A stretch of DNA of 64,000 nucleotides from contig OZ320316.1 of NCBI GenBank assembly GCA_976226885.1, positions 72,106,001-72,170,000 of the forward strand, read 5' to 3'. Within the stretch, counting starts at the first letter, position 1; every line of letters begins with the position of its first letter. Below, in pieces: positions 46,557 to 60,240 of this stretch. A model generated the notes under the pieces. It searched no databases. It worked only from the letters and a program-made list of their open reading frames with translations, and had not been told where the DNA came from. Made by a program: the position numbers and the translations under genes. This DNA is from Iphione sp. A-MEVVRFRX5. Its lineage: Eukaryota.

Positions 46557-49500
46557 AGTTATTATCCTCAAGTTCCTGCGCTTATTAATATTCTTTAACC
46601 TTCTGGAATTTATATACCAAGGGTGATGTTGGTATCATCAAGCAAACAAGATAAAATCAATACATTTATTAATACTGATCGGTCATCAACCTTTTATATT
46701 TCTTAATCGCATTTGTGACTTTCACCACCGACGTCGACATCGCTGCTACCATGGAACGGGGCACTTCTCTCCATGACTACGAGAGAATCTGATCTGTGCA
46801 TAGACATGGCGTTCAGCCCAGCTACTAGCAAGGTAATCAGCCATGCAACATCCACATTAAGTAGAAAGAGGAGGCGCTTGGCGTGACAGCCTGGCTCGTA
46901 TAACAGAGCCATCAGCGACACGCCGACAAACAGAAGATACTGGCGGCCGATGCTTCACTGGGGAGAGGTGTTATGGCCCTATCCATTTGAAGGCTAACCT
47001 AAAGCCAATTTGCCATGCTTACAACAGGGACGTAGAACCAGTCGCTTTAATGCCATGTCGCCCATTGGAAGGCAGTTTCGAATGGAAGTCCTCTTTATCG
47101 ACATTCCGTCGTCACTTCCCAGTCTGCCTGTTTTCCAATGAATCACAGAGCCGCTGAGACATTACTTAATTAAACAACTCTAGCACATTTATCGGGACAA
47201 AAACAAGCTGTCACTGAGGTGACACTAAATTTGATTGCAAAACGTAAAAAAATCAAATTACAGAGAGCCTACGATCAATAACACAGGTGTCCTTTAGACC
47301 GCGGTCTCTCTGTTGCACGCCTTGGTGGGATATTTGAGAATCCTACAACTCAAATCTTTCGCCAGAATCCCGATTCTTAACAGATTTACTTAGATCTGAT
47401 GCAACCTACCTGGAAGTCATTTCGCATATACGAAAACATTTCCTATATTTTCTGTTAAAAACCTAATTTGTTGTCCCCATCTTTGGTATAGTGGCTGATA
47501 TCAGTGCGGTAGACTGAGAATGTTAGAAGTATATGGAATTATGCCTCAGCATCAGCATCAGCGCAATGCATTAAAAATACAAATTTTGTATTAGAATAAG
47601 TTGATCATATCCTTTGAAACTGCAAAGAACCTATGCATTCGCATTCATGCGTCTAAACTTTAAAATTGACCCTCAACAACTTGAAATAGTTCCAATTACT
47701 GCGCTGTTGTATTTCTATTTGTTTATTTCTTGTTTGATCGTATAGATGTAGACGTACATGCTGTGTCAACGAGTAAGCTTTTCTTTGCACCTGTGTGGGG
47801 ACTTGTTTACAATCCCTTTGGCTGGAGGTTATCAGAGAAATACAGAACTGACATTGCATACAATGACTTTTGTTGAAAGTGGTAAGCTTAGACGGCACCA
47901 GAATTTTTCACAGGCATGTAATATTGCGTTGTACATTACCAATGGTGTGATTTTAATGTCTCTTATCCTGAAAGGTACCTTATAACTGTACAATGTGTAC
48001 TCTTGACTGATTTTCCTGTTTCCTATATAAACCAGGTAGCGAGACAGGCAACTGCACTTGTACATGGTAATGTGTCTCATCGTCCTGTTATGCATTCGTT
48101 GTCTGTCCCTATAAATTGTTAACTATACAGCTGAGTAAATGGCGTTGGCTACACTCTGCTTGATATCAGCCGTACATCGTCCACACACGGTGTTACTGCT
48201 GCACGTGCAAGAATGAGATCTATATACAAAACGCAAAGAAATATATTGTGTGTCGGCGCACATGTTCTTCTGGTCATTCATGCTGTTATGTTCTACGCTG
48301 CAGTGCTCGGCCATTGTCCCAGTGCACATGAGCAATTCAAATTGTTGCAATTAAAAACGTGTTCTACAATCATCGTTTGCTTGTCTTCCCGTAATCCGAT
48401 CAATTTATCATCTAACTTCTCTCCTTCCTATAGTTGAGTAACATTATTTACACGTCATACTGTCTTTCAGACCCCCAGGCCCCAACCGATAAATAGGCCC
48501 CTTATCAGACGGTCTGTCAACATTAAGGCATTGGGCCGTCCTCCCCATGACTAACGATCAAATAACAACCAACGTGGAACTCCCTGCGAAATATTCAATA
48601 TTGCCCACTTCCAAAGAAAAGGTGACTTTCCGTGCGCTTCAATGATATCTACCCTTTCCAGACAGTAGAGGCTTACATGTGGCTTCATGATTACAAATTA
48701 ATCCTAATACGATTGCAATATCATATATTGCTGATTAAGGTAAGATTCCGATAAAGGTAAATACATGTACTTGGAAACCTATCTGTGCTAAAATCGAGAG
48801 AACTAACACGGCAATACAAACATATTCTGCTTCTTTGTGAAGAAAAACTATACTTCTACTTGTTACTGAGATGCATTTTATTCGGTGGCAAGATTGACCA
48901 GAATATGATTTCACACGGTATATTCTTAGTTTCATTAGACTATGAAGCTTGCGATTGACATTCTCTGTGTCATAAATAACGAGAGGATGGCTATCTTTAG
49001 AAAAGTCCTTCATTTCCAATGTTTCATGAAATAGAGCGACAATAAATGTAATTTATTTAACTGATGGGTATATATTTTGCATTGATTTCTATTGGTTTAT
49101 ATCTATATATTTGTCATATAAAGACAAAGGGGCTGTCAGAGAAAAATCGAATGGCCCTTGTGCTGACGATGATTGATGAAGTGGCTAATTTGATTACGAT
49201 GTCGCTCGTCCGAGGATCGATATCTCCCGCGTGTGATAAGCTACATTTTCGATATTTTCATATCAAATGTTTTTTTCGGCAGTTCTGGCCATAATACCTG
49301 CCCAGCAGATGGTCAGATAAGGGCACTTCTTAGACTACAAAGTGGGCATGGCCTATGCTCAGAGGTATATGCATGAACGTAATGCGATTGCATTTATGCG
49401 AGAATAGAGAAAACTCTCATACCTAGCCTTAAATCACACCTTATAGGTTCTTGACGTGTGGTGATTCCTCAGTCGTTATGGCAAATACATATCGAGCAGT

Positions 49501-50108
49501 GAGTTCATGTATGTACTACATCGGCGAATGGTTCTTTTGATCGCCTGCTACCTCTGTATCATCGTTGTAATAAATAAAATCTTGAAAGCATTATATTATC
49601 TCTCAGATGTATAGCCTTTCTGAGAGAGCTATGAGAGCAAGGGCCTTATGTACATATGGTAATCCGAATATGGGGCGCGATGGAACCAGGCATGAATGCC
49701 ATTAAACCTGGTCCTAGTGCTGACGTCAGCCTTGCCCAGCTGATTTACCAGGGACTAACGGGTGTGAAGGACAATGATGGTGCAGCCGATCGGTGCTGCA
49801 TGCTGTCAGATCACCTTACGGAATAAGTGGTACATGGAAACTGAACCGGGAGAACACTACATTTTTAAACCAGATCGCATAAATCCTCACCAGGCATTAG
49901 ACATCCTCTGTCAAATATTTCTGTCTGGGATTTTCAAGAAATGGTGAAATATTTACAAATAAATGAGCAATCCTGTAGGAATGTGTTGGTATAACTGGGG
50001 TACTTCAGGGCCCAGATGGTCATTTCTTAAACTCCGATCTCAGATTGTGGTTGATTTGCCCACTAGCCTTATTTCAATTATCATTAGTTGCATTCGCATG
50101 CATAGTAT

Positions 50109-51324
50109 CACTGAAAAAATGAACTTGTCCTGGCATTGTCAGTATGACAATTTTGAGGGTTGTCATTCAGGTTTTGACAATCTAAATTATCTATGACAAA
50201 GATATAATCAAATAGACAGTACTGCCTTGTCATAAACCTGTCATAGACTTGTCATCTTTTAGGTCTCACTACAGCAGTTATTTTAAAGTGAAGTAACAGC
50301 ATCTAAACCCACATTATTTTAGGGATATCAATCAATATATAACTATGAATTATAGAGTACTATTAGTAGAGTTACTAAACTCAATAAAAAGGTTTCTCTG
50401 AGACCAGTAAAGGAAAGAAAAATATGTCATTCAAATTCAGATGTAACATACCTTAAATAACAGTCATGGAGGTAGGAGCCACTTGTCTAGGGTGAGTGAA
50501 CATTTTAACTGATTACATACCTTTAAAATGGTCCTAGAAAGAAGTGTTTTATACCAAAATGAAGCTAAGAACCTCCTCTACACTACTGTTGCATTGGTTT
50601 TGGTCTTACATGATGTTTAGGACCTAAAATTGATGAAAACGTGCGATCATGATACATCGCAATGTACACTAGCAATGTGTGCTAAGCAGTTTTCAGGGGG
50701 GAAATCCCCACCATTGACAGCCAGCCTGTTTCCTCACTGAAACATGGCCCCAAACTGAGGCATACACAGTAACTTTGACTAAAAAGCCTCACTATTTCCC
50801 ATGCAGTGATCTTTTTGAAAAATTGTACAAGCTGATGAGTGTTTGCCACTAGCTGTTGCAGGTCCACTGGTGCTGCTGTTTGCTGATCATCTGTGTAGAG
50901 CTGGACTACTACTTGTGGTATCCAATAGATTTGGGTGTGAGGAGGTGGGTTACCAAGTGCCAGTGGCAACACCTAGTCAAGTGAGCACTGATTCATGGTG
51001 TGTAGCTCCATATGCAAGGAAAATTGTTATTTTGACAAGTTTGTGACAACCTCTTAGTCACAAACTTTGAGCGACAATGCTAAACTTGTACATTGTATGA
51101 CAGTCAATAGGATGAGGTAAAACTTGTCATTAGAGACAACCCTATGACAAGTTTAGTCCTTCATAGTGACAAATTTAACTTTGTCATATTAACAAGTTTA
51201 TGACAACCTTCCTTGTCACAAACTTTGAGTGACAATGCTAAACTTGTACATTGTATGACCGTCAACTGGACAAGCCAAAACTTGTTACTAGAGACAAGTC
51301 TATGACAACTTTATTTTTTCAGTG
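50109..51324. mobile_element. Non-autonomous CACTA/EnSpm-like (CACTG-ended) DNA transposon
   Basis: TIRs CACTGAAAAAATGAACTTGTC and reverse-complemented CACTGAAAAAATAAAGTTGTC; 2-bp TSD AT; many subterminal TTGTCA/TGACAA motifs; an internal duplication of about 160 bp at 51033-51310. Confidence 0.8.
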
Positions 51325-51902
51325 ATTTGCTTTGTTATAAGAAAATAATGACTGCTTTAATTAATATATCTAAGTGCGAAAGATATGAAATCAGAGCTTA
51401 ATTTCCTATTCTGACAAGCTTTTTAACATTAGGCGAATGGAGCAGTATGCAGCGTGAGCACGTTAAATTGCTCCCGGGGTGATCCATGGTCTTTAAGGGT
51501 TTTAAAGGTGACGGTGCTAGAGGTTTTGAATGTGCCGGTTATAATGCGGCAGTAGATCAGACGGACCGTACCACAGGAGCGGCTCTTATTCGCCCTCCCC
51601 GACCGACCCCCACATCAGCTCCCTCCTGCCAGCCTGAGATCCGCCTACCCACCTAACAGCTCCGGCCACAGAGAGCCGAGCAGCGTTGTGCGCGGCAGAG
51701 AGACAGAACACTCGTTGCTCTCCATGGCCCCCGATAGAGTCTCCTCCCTGAGCACCAACGGAGGAGTGCCGCCCATGTGGTGGAGTTAACGGTGGACCTG
51801 GAGACGCAACCGAAGGTGGACGCCGCGCCAGACGACCGACATACGCCGACCAAGCAGCAGCAGCAGGAGCAGCTGCAGGAGAAACCAGAACGACAGCTAG
51901 AC

Positions 51903-54318
51903 ATGGCCTCTGAAGCAGACTCCGACGGCCAGCTGCAGTCGAAGAATAAAAGCGGACTGGATGAGGCCGATCGTAATTCTGGTAGATCTCCAGCAAAGAG
52001 CAAAGAGCCTGCAAACAAGATCATGGAACAGAGGATTGCATCCCAGACAAAAGCAACAACAGGTGGTGGGCCCTATGACAAAAAGGAGACCAAAGAGGAA
52101 GACAATGAGAAGGACCAGGAGGAGGAGGAGGAAGAAGAGGAAAAACCATTCCATTTCGACGGAGAACACGAGTATCAGGGAGTAATATATCCCGCAAGTG
52201 TTCCGGGTGATATTTTGAGGAAAATACGCGATTTCAAATTTAGGCCAGATGATATCGTTGTCGCAGGGTATCCCAAATGTGGTAAGTCTGCTTTTCAGAT
52301 AGGAAAATAACTCAAGGTGAGATAACAATGTATATTAGCTCAGTACGTGTATAAACAACAAAAGCCACTGGTACTCGGTTTACTCTTGTAATACAATAGG
52401 AACGGGAATTGTATCAAAGAATGTCTTCTTTCTAATTCCTAATAATACCAATACTGTAACAGTAATGGAATGTCCGGAGTACATATCATATATCATCATT
52501 TATTAGAAATAATTAGTACTTTATGCGAGTAATCCTATATTTTCATTGTATAGTCGGTACTAAACTATTGTCGTATGAGACAGACTCTGCGGGGGAAGTC
52601 GTGCAGGTTTTGTCTTGGATCGATGCCGTTTCTGTTGTAGTACATGCAGGTCCTAGTGAACGTCTTTTCCTCTGATTGATCTTTGTCTGTTGGTAAGGCC
52701 TTGGTTGTCTGCCTCTAGGTTTATCATATAGTATCATCACGCACGAACATGCCGATTCGTAATTGTTCTACGTTACGCACAGGAAGTGGGTTGCTGCCGC
52801 ATGGGCTATGAATTTTACATCCCTGTAGCTTATCTGAGAGCATTGCTGATGACACGATGTGCATAATTCAGTGAGCAGCCAGTAGCTGGGCCGGCATCAC
52901 GGCTACCAGAAAGGTGGGAAGCTCGCAGGGAAGCTGGGCGAGCTGGAGCCGGGAGATGGGTGCCGGCGGTGGGGTGGGGTGGGGTGGGAGGGGTTGCATG
53001 CAAGGTTAGGATGGGAAGGGGTTCCAGGCGTGGATGGGGGGGGGGGGGTCGCCCGGACGGAAATCACGCGTGATAACCGGATGAAGCGGCCAGAGGTTTA
53101 CAACACGATAGCTCCTTAGACAGCCTGTAAATATTAAAGCGATACTTGGCTTACATGTAGTCGGACAAGTGGAGGTAGTAGTCTTTGAAGATGTACTTGA
53201 GTCAACCTTCAGCGAGAGTGGCAGTTCAAATCTTAGTCTGATTCATCTATTCGTTTTACTTCATACTAAGTGTCTCAGACAAAGAAAGAAGAATAGTCAA
53301 TATAAATACAAAAGGGCTCTCCAAGATCCTGTCGGCTAATAGTTTTATTTTTTCAAATAGCACTGAATATGTATATTCGTTATTCTCTTGTTACTATCGA
53401 TAAATGGTACGTTCTACATGTAAGTGAACTGTATGCTGTATAACTTATAAGATACTGTAAATGATCGAAGTAATGCTATTTCATGAGCCTTAAGTGAGTA
53501 CAATTGTTGTTAATACATTGTATTGTTGCACAATACTATTAGAGTTGCATCTGCATACATTTCCAGGCACCACATGGATAGAACATGCTACCTACCTCCT
53601 GTTACATAGCGACAAGGGAGAACAAGCGCGGACCCTCCATGAGATGACGCAACACGCTGGCTTCCTTGAGGTGCGTGTGCCTGGTGGGAATGTACCGGTC
53701 TTCCTAGATGTGGCCGATGATATGCCCGGCCCGCGCCTGATCCGCACCCACCTGCCCTACCAGATCCTCAAGGACCAGCTCGCTGCAGCCCGTCCTAAGG
53801 TGCTCGTCTCCTTACGCAACGTCAAGGACTGCCTCGTCTCCTACTACCACTTCCTGCGCAACAACGAGGACATCTTTGGCTTCTATGGCGACTTTGACGC
53901 CTTCTTTGGGTTGGTCCGCGAGCAACGGCTGACGTTTGGTGACTGGTTCGAGTACGTTCTCGGCTGGTGGACCGCCATGCGGGACAGCGACTTTGTTCTC
54001 TTCCTGGAGTTTGAGGACATGGTCGACGATCTGCGGCGGGAGGTACAGAACATCGTGGACTTCCTCGAACTGGACGTGGATGACGCCACTATCGAAGAGG
54101 TAACTCGCCTATCCAGTTTCAAGGAAATGAACAAGAACCCCATGACATTGCTTCGCATCTTCCCATTCCTGGATGCAGACGTCAAGCGTTACATGCGCAA
54201 AGGGGTTGTGGGCGATTGGAAAGAACAATTCAACGACGAGCAGAACGCCTATATTGACGAAATATATAGAGAGCGGGTGAAAGGCACCGGCCTGGAACTC
54301 AGCTTTGGAAATAAATGA
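51903..54318 (+). CDS. Cytosolic-type (SULT family) sulfotransferase, two exons (51903-52281, 53567-54318), 376 aa from first in-frame ATG
   Basis: The GT-AG intron 52282-53566 splits the PAPS-binding motif YPKC|GTTW. Also present: RPDDIVV, RLIRTHLPY, RNVKDCLVSYYH, FLEFEDM and RKGVVGDWK. The start codon is uncertain (see findings). Confidence 0.95.
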
Positions 54319-57300
54319 TATTATTCGCATACGTTAGGAACCATTTTGTTTCGCTTTGAGTCTACGTCTGAAACGTGATATGTAGCATGACTTCCTACCA
54401 CAAAATGTCTGTGATTACTTGCCAGATGCGTCGTGACGAGATGTCTGTAAAGTATTACATGTACATGTACATGCACACAAGTCTATGTATGGCTTACGTG
54501 AGTGTATTTTCAATGTGGCCACAAACATATCTCGGAATATTAGAGAAATATGCATACTGCCAAAATGCGCTGAAGATATTCGTCAGCTATTAGTCGATGT
54601 TTGTAACGCAAGCAAGATATGACATTAAAGGTATATGTTATATATGAAAATGCACAATTGTATGGTAATGAATATGCAAACACAGGTGTGAACGAATATT
54701 ATATTCAAGATTTTGATTTCCTTCCTTACATGGAGCCGCATAACTGAATCCAAAGGAAATTTGAGGAATGTCAGGCATTAATTATTAAAATAGATGCCCA
54801 CTCATGGCTTTATGTATCCCATGGGCACATACGTTGTATGCATGAATTGCGTGTGAATGATAAAATTTAGTACGCGTTCAACCCATACGGTTCCATAGTC
54901 GATCGGTGAACACATTAAGTTCAGATAGAGAAATAATATGGGGAAGATATGGAAGATATATCAACAGGCAAATTTAATTTTTTTATTCTATTTTTTTGTG
55001 TGTGCCGGGATCTTTTGCAGAAGAAACGAAAAGGGAGAGTTAAGCCTGGGTCAAATATAAAGGTATACAAAAATGCACACAATATATAAGATATGCCCTC
55101 TCTCACACGAATGCATTTATGCATGTACATGTATACATATGCAGTCCAAAGGGAACCAAAAGTCACTTGTTCACGAAATTTCGATCAGAAGTCAGCTTAA
55201 TCCCATTTCTATGCCTGCGAGACTCATTGTAACAAAACAAAAATAAATCTGAAGTTGATTTTTACCATATTTTGAATGTTTCGAATTGCATCCTGACTGT
55301 GCGTGTATACATGTACAAAGGTATATCCATGTATGCACCTTTGGATCAACATCACTTTGTGGTGACATGTATGCTCAATAAATTTGATTAACTGGTCGAT
55401 CCATTCATTTATTTTTTTCCTTATTTTCCTTACAGACACCCCCCCCCCAAAAAAAAAATGCGCATGGTCTTGTACTTGCCCACACATTCCCCCACCCTCT
55501 ACGGATTTCATGCCTCTACTAGAGATATACTAGATATGCCCACGTCAATAGTTTACAAAGGGGTAAAAAAGTACACGAATGGCTACTACTGAATCTGGCC
55601 TCTGTCGTATACACAGCAGCAGCCTTCATGCCAGCACAGGGCCTCTAGGGACCTTTCCTTCAGTAGATCCAACCGCTACACTGACGAGTGGAGCCGTGCC
55701 AGACTAGGCCTTTCGAGGCGGCACAAGCAACAACCCCGCCTCGAAGCACCCCGTTCACATACGCATTGCTGTCCAATCAATAGCACCACACAGATCCATC
55801 TGTACGATACATTATGATGGTGTAACAACCGTGTGCTAACTAGACAATTTCACACCTGGTGCAGACGAATCTGATAGCGTATCGCCTAATATTGTTGCTC
55901 ACTGTAAAACAATATTGAATATTGATCGTTATGGCCGGTGTAAAAATAGATCTATATAAGGCATCAGGGATTGATAAACATACACAATTTGGGAAAAATA
56001 TAGACCAAAATGCATATAAATAACAGAAGATACACCATATCAAATCGGATAAGTCTCAGACGTGAACTTCGTGCTCATAAATTAACAGGATCAAAGATCA
56101 TACAAGAATAAATCTGAGCCAATTCTTCTGGTATGCAATTACTATACGATACTGACTATTCCAGACATGGCAACATTGCTTCCAATATATTTAACACCAA
56201 TATATTGACTTTAAACTGCATTCAGCTCAATACAGATGTATATGTATATATGTATCATTCCTTCTTTCTTCATATAGGATATCAAAGTTGCTTGCCTATA
56301 TACATACATTTTAAGCTATGCCAAATTGATTATACCTGCTGCATCAGATTCCTTTATAAAATATATAGCTACGAAAAGAATATGCACTAGTTTCGCGCAA
56401 CACACTACATGTATAATCATAGCACAAATGTGCATCAAACGTCGTAGTTCGGAAAATGACCGCCACTAACCGGTGCAGCTGTCAGGGGTAATTCTTATCA
56501 GGGCTTTCGTCGTGGAACGCCCACTCAGGTCCATTGAATCACTAGACAATCCCATTTATCATGCTTACCTGTGACAGACACTATTGAAACCCCTTTCCAG
56601 TGGGCGTAAAACACTTCCTTGTCTCTGCTGTGGCGTTAGAACGAGCTCTCAATATCTATCTAGTTTAATCCTTATTCTATGGTACTCTGGGTCTCACATT
56701 TCAGACATGAGTTTACAAGGACCGCATGCGCTGTAAAAATAGTTTAGAAAACTAATTTGTCACTAGGCAACCTTTCAGATTATTAAACAGTACTCTTAGA
56801 TTATCTATTTAAATTTCACATAGAAGTAATTATCTCAGTCTCGGAATCATCGCATTAAATTAAGTTTTTCAAAAATTGAACCAAGCTAGAAAATAAATAG
56901 AACGTCCCTCTCAATGAATTTTTCAGATAAAGATACCGTTCAAAACCACATAATAATTCAGCTCTCATTTATTTGATAATCTATCCATGCGGCCTGGACA
57001 TTTTCTTATTTATTTTATTACATTTGTAAAGAGACCAAATTTTATTCGATAGTAAAAATCTTTGGTATTTAAATACTACTTTGTCCTCACGAACCGCTTC
57101 TGGGACCGTGTTAGTTTGGGGCCACGGCAAAGGTCTCTGTTTCATGAATGCATCTGTCAAATCTCCTCCAGTATCAACATAGAAGGCATTACGTAAGTAC
57201 CAGAAGCAGAAACCTAAGAACCAAGGCTAACCAAGAGTCGCTGGAACTCGGTTCCACCCTTCCCTCCGGCTACTTGCTTAGTTCTACACAATTTGTTTTC

Positions 57301-58204
57301 AAGTTTTGATGCATAGAATAAAACAGTATTTCAACTGCAAAACACATTGGACTGGATTTGCTGAATTATGATTGAATATAGATTTGAGTTTCACAATGAA
57401 CGAAACAATTTTCCGAATTTATTAATTTTACATTACAAACCACACAAATTATTGCAGTTAACCTTTTCCCATGCATTTAGGTACGGTGTAGTTGGCCCAG
57501 TTTCCATACCTGCATTTTCCACAATTATGCATTGAGGTATGTTGAGGTACAGTTTTATTAGCATTTCATTGGAGGTTGTCTTCTAAATCCGTATGCGTTA
57601 GGTTGTATTGAGGTGTGTTTGGTATCCATTATTCACTAACATGCCCAATAATTTAATGCACAAACACATGAACACAAGAAAACCCAAGGTAATTTCCCCA
57701 CATTTACTGACCTTTCCTGGTGTTTTATGCACATTTACACACAGTTATGCACAAGTCCATTATTTTCCAAACTTTTTCCAGTCATTAAGCATCCATTGTG
57801 TCATTTTTCAATAGTTTTCCCATTATTTTTGCCATGTTTCATGGCTTTTAGCATGAAATTGGTCCTTATCATCAGTTTTTTCTGTCATTTGTGCCATTTT
57901 TGGTGGCTTTTCTTGTCAAATTCATCCTTTTGGGTACATTTATTTTGGATCTCTCATAGATTTCACAAAGTCTGACTGCAGGATCAAAAGCAACCCATAT
58001 CTGTGAGGCTGTGTTTAGAACAGAATGCATGTTAATGCACATGGACGGCAAATGCAGTAGATCGCTCGCACTGGAATTATTCTTAGTATTCCTTTAAATC
58101 AATCATGTCAAGGAGGACAGTTTGTGTTTTGAGAAACCTGCAGATCGTTCAAAAGTCCCAACCAAGCCCCGTTTTCTGTAGAAATTGGCCAAATATATGT
58201 GCAA

Positions 58205-58411
58205 TGTAATGATAGTGTAGTTTTGTAGCTGTGGGAATAAAGAAATCCCACAACCAATCCTAGTCTCAAGTCTGATTTATTGACACACAAGGCTTATATT
58301 TATAGGCAGTACTGGTCATGTGTTCTAATATGGTTAAGACTGACAAACATATTTAAAAAATCTATAAATTAATTTGAAATCTTTAATATTTTATATTCAT
58401 ATTTGTATTAC
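58205..58411. repeat. LTR-like repeat, copy 1
   Basis: TGTAAT...ATTACA termini with an internal AATAAA on both strands; related to 61733-61903. No TSD seen. Confidence 0.4.
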
Positions 58412-58574
58412 ACTAGACACCAAGATTTCCAGTATTGCAGGTTGCTTTAACATGTTCAGATAGATCATAATTCACCCAGAGTACACTGAGTTGTGATTTA
58501 ACATAGACTATATTGAGAGCACAGTAACAGCTCATTTTCAGTACTTCGGAGTCCTAGATTACCTATATAGTTAA

Positions 58575-58612
58575 CCCCTGAAGAAGAACCTCTACTGTTC
58601 GAAACGTTGGAA
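58575..58612 (+). ncRNA. Candidate minimal hammerhead-ribozyme-like motif (Penelope type)
   Basis: CTGAAGA-A-GAAC(ctctact)GTTC-GAAA-CGTT-GG: core boxes, a 4-bp stem II and a palindromic ACGT stem III. Stem I is only about 2 bp. Confidence 0.35.
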
Positions 58613-59149
58613 ATTGAAAAAACACTAAAATGCATTTCACTGTGTTGTGTTGGTGTGTTCAACTTTTATTACAATATTCTTTAAATGTCCCAGTGACCTC
58701 CCTTAAACCTGAGTCCAAACACAGGAGTGAAAAATACCATCCCAGAATTGTGTCCATGGCAACAATTGGCTAAAACAAAGTTGCTGGAAGCAGAAATAGA
58801 TTGATTCAATTTTGGGGGCGGTCAAGTCACCATAGTGACTGCATTGTGTATAAACCCCATGGCAATATCTCTGCATGAAAGAATTTGCAAATTTGAAGGA
58901 AGAGACATCCTTATAGAGGATTTGTACTGACCCCCAGGTCTGGTGTTTGAGGTTTATTATATGAAAGACGTGTTGGATGGGACAAAGAGCACTGCTAGAA
59001 AAGACCAGCTGATTTTTTCAGAAAATGCCACCTTCAACTGGGCTTGTCTTTGGATGAAGACAGTGCCAATGAATTTCCTCCCAAAAGCCTACAGAACAAC
59101 AGATTTTACATACCAACATCCTAGGAGGTCAAGAAGATGAAACAGGAAG

Positions 59150-60240
59150 TCAGTCGAAGTTTAATGCTTGAGCAGACCTGCTGGGCAGTGAAAATACTAT
59201 GAGGCAGGTGTTTGGGGATTATCCGGCGAACCTATAATTGTATGTAGAATTTGTCTTTGGTAGATTGCTGGACATATGCCTGCTAATTTATATAACATGC
59301 CAAGATGTTCTCTTATGTTGTGTTTTGCAGACTGACTGAACAGCGTGGGTGAAAACTTAAATATTGAAAAATTACCAACATCTGAAATGGTGAGCTTACT
59401 GGAACGTTTTTTACATCACAGTGCAGACAAGAGCAAGCAGATTCACAGCAAGAGTGCATAAAAAAACATTCGGTGTGCGTTACAGCATCACCTCCAAGCC
59501 CTGCCATACTGCTGCAATATAAATATCATGCAGGACACTGAATTTCGCCAAGCAAACCTTGCTTACGCAGGTTACATGGCATAAATTCATAATTCTGGGA
59601 AGGATCAGAATTGGCATAAGCCCCTCATAGAACCCGAGGAAGTAACCCTTTTGTATGAATGTGTGTTCACTGACATGTGCACAGGCCTACAATAATTTGA
59701 TAATACAATTTTTTGACCTTCTGCTGCATTTTGGACATCAGGAATGTGAGGCCTTAAGGGAACTCACCAAGGACTCATTCAAGATATCTAAAGATGCAAG
59801 TGGACATAAATACATCACAATGAGTTACAATGAGGCAGAGAAAACATGCAGTGACCTTAAGCATGATTAAGAGGATGTGGATAAAACTATGTACTCCCTA
59901 CCTTCCAATGAGCTGTGATGTCTGGTAAAATCATTCAAGAAATATGTGTCCTTGTTGAACTCTAAGTGCAGCATGCTAGTCCAACAGCCTAAGTGCAACT
60001 ATGACAGTCAGAGGACCATTTGGTATGACAATATAGCACTCGGGGTGAATACACTGTACAACCTTCTGTCCACGATGAGCAAAGAAGGTGGTCTCTCAAA
60101 GATCTACATGAACCACAGCATCCAATGCACGTGTGTTACAATCCTCAACAGGGCCAGGTTCTCCGTTGACAAAATTCAGAGGGTCACCAGTCATAAGTGT
60201 GCAGATTCCCTCAAGGCGGTCCCAGCAAAAAGATGAAGAT
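59150..60240 (+). mobile_element. Crypton-type (DUF3504/KCTD1-like) tyrosine recombinase relic
   Basis: QTCWAVKIL, an intron-like gap ending at 59330, then LLERF..IRCALQHHL..NIMQDTEFRQAN; FFDLLLHFG..LRELTKDSF..GHKYI; WYDNIALGVNTL..MSKEGGLSKIYMNHSI..IQRVTSHK. Catalytic Arg/Tyr positions are degenerate; stops present. Confidence 0.85.

Noticed and set aside
25580-54330. Numerous short antisense or overlapping ORFs inside the LINE, Ig and sulfotransferase coding regions
   Set aside because: They are shadows of real ORFs on the opposite strand or frame, with no motifs of their own.
55681-55745. CTGACGAG followed by a perfect 10-bp hairpin (55712-55745) as a possible hammerhead
   Set aside because: The required GAAA box and stem geometry are absent on the same strand.
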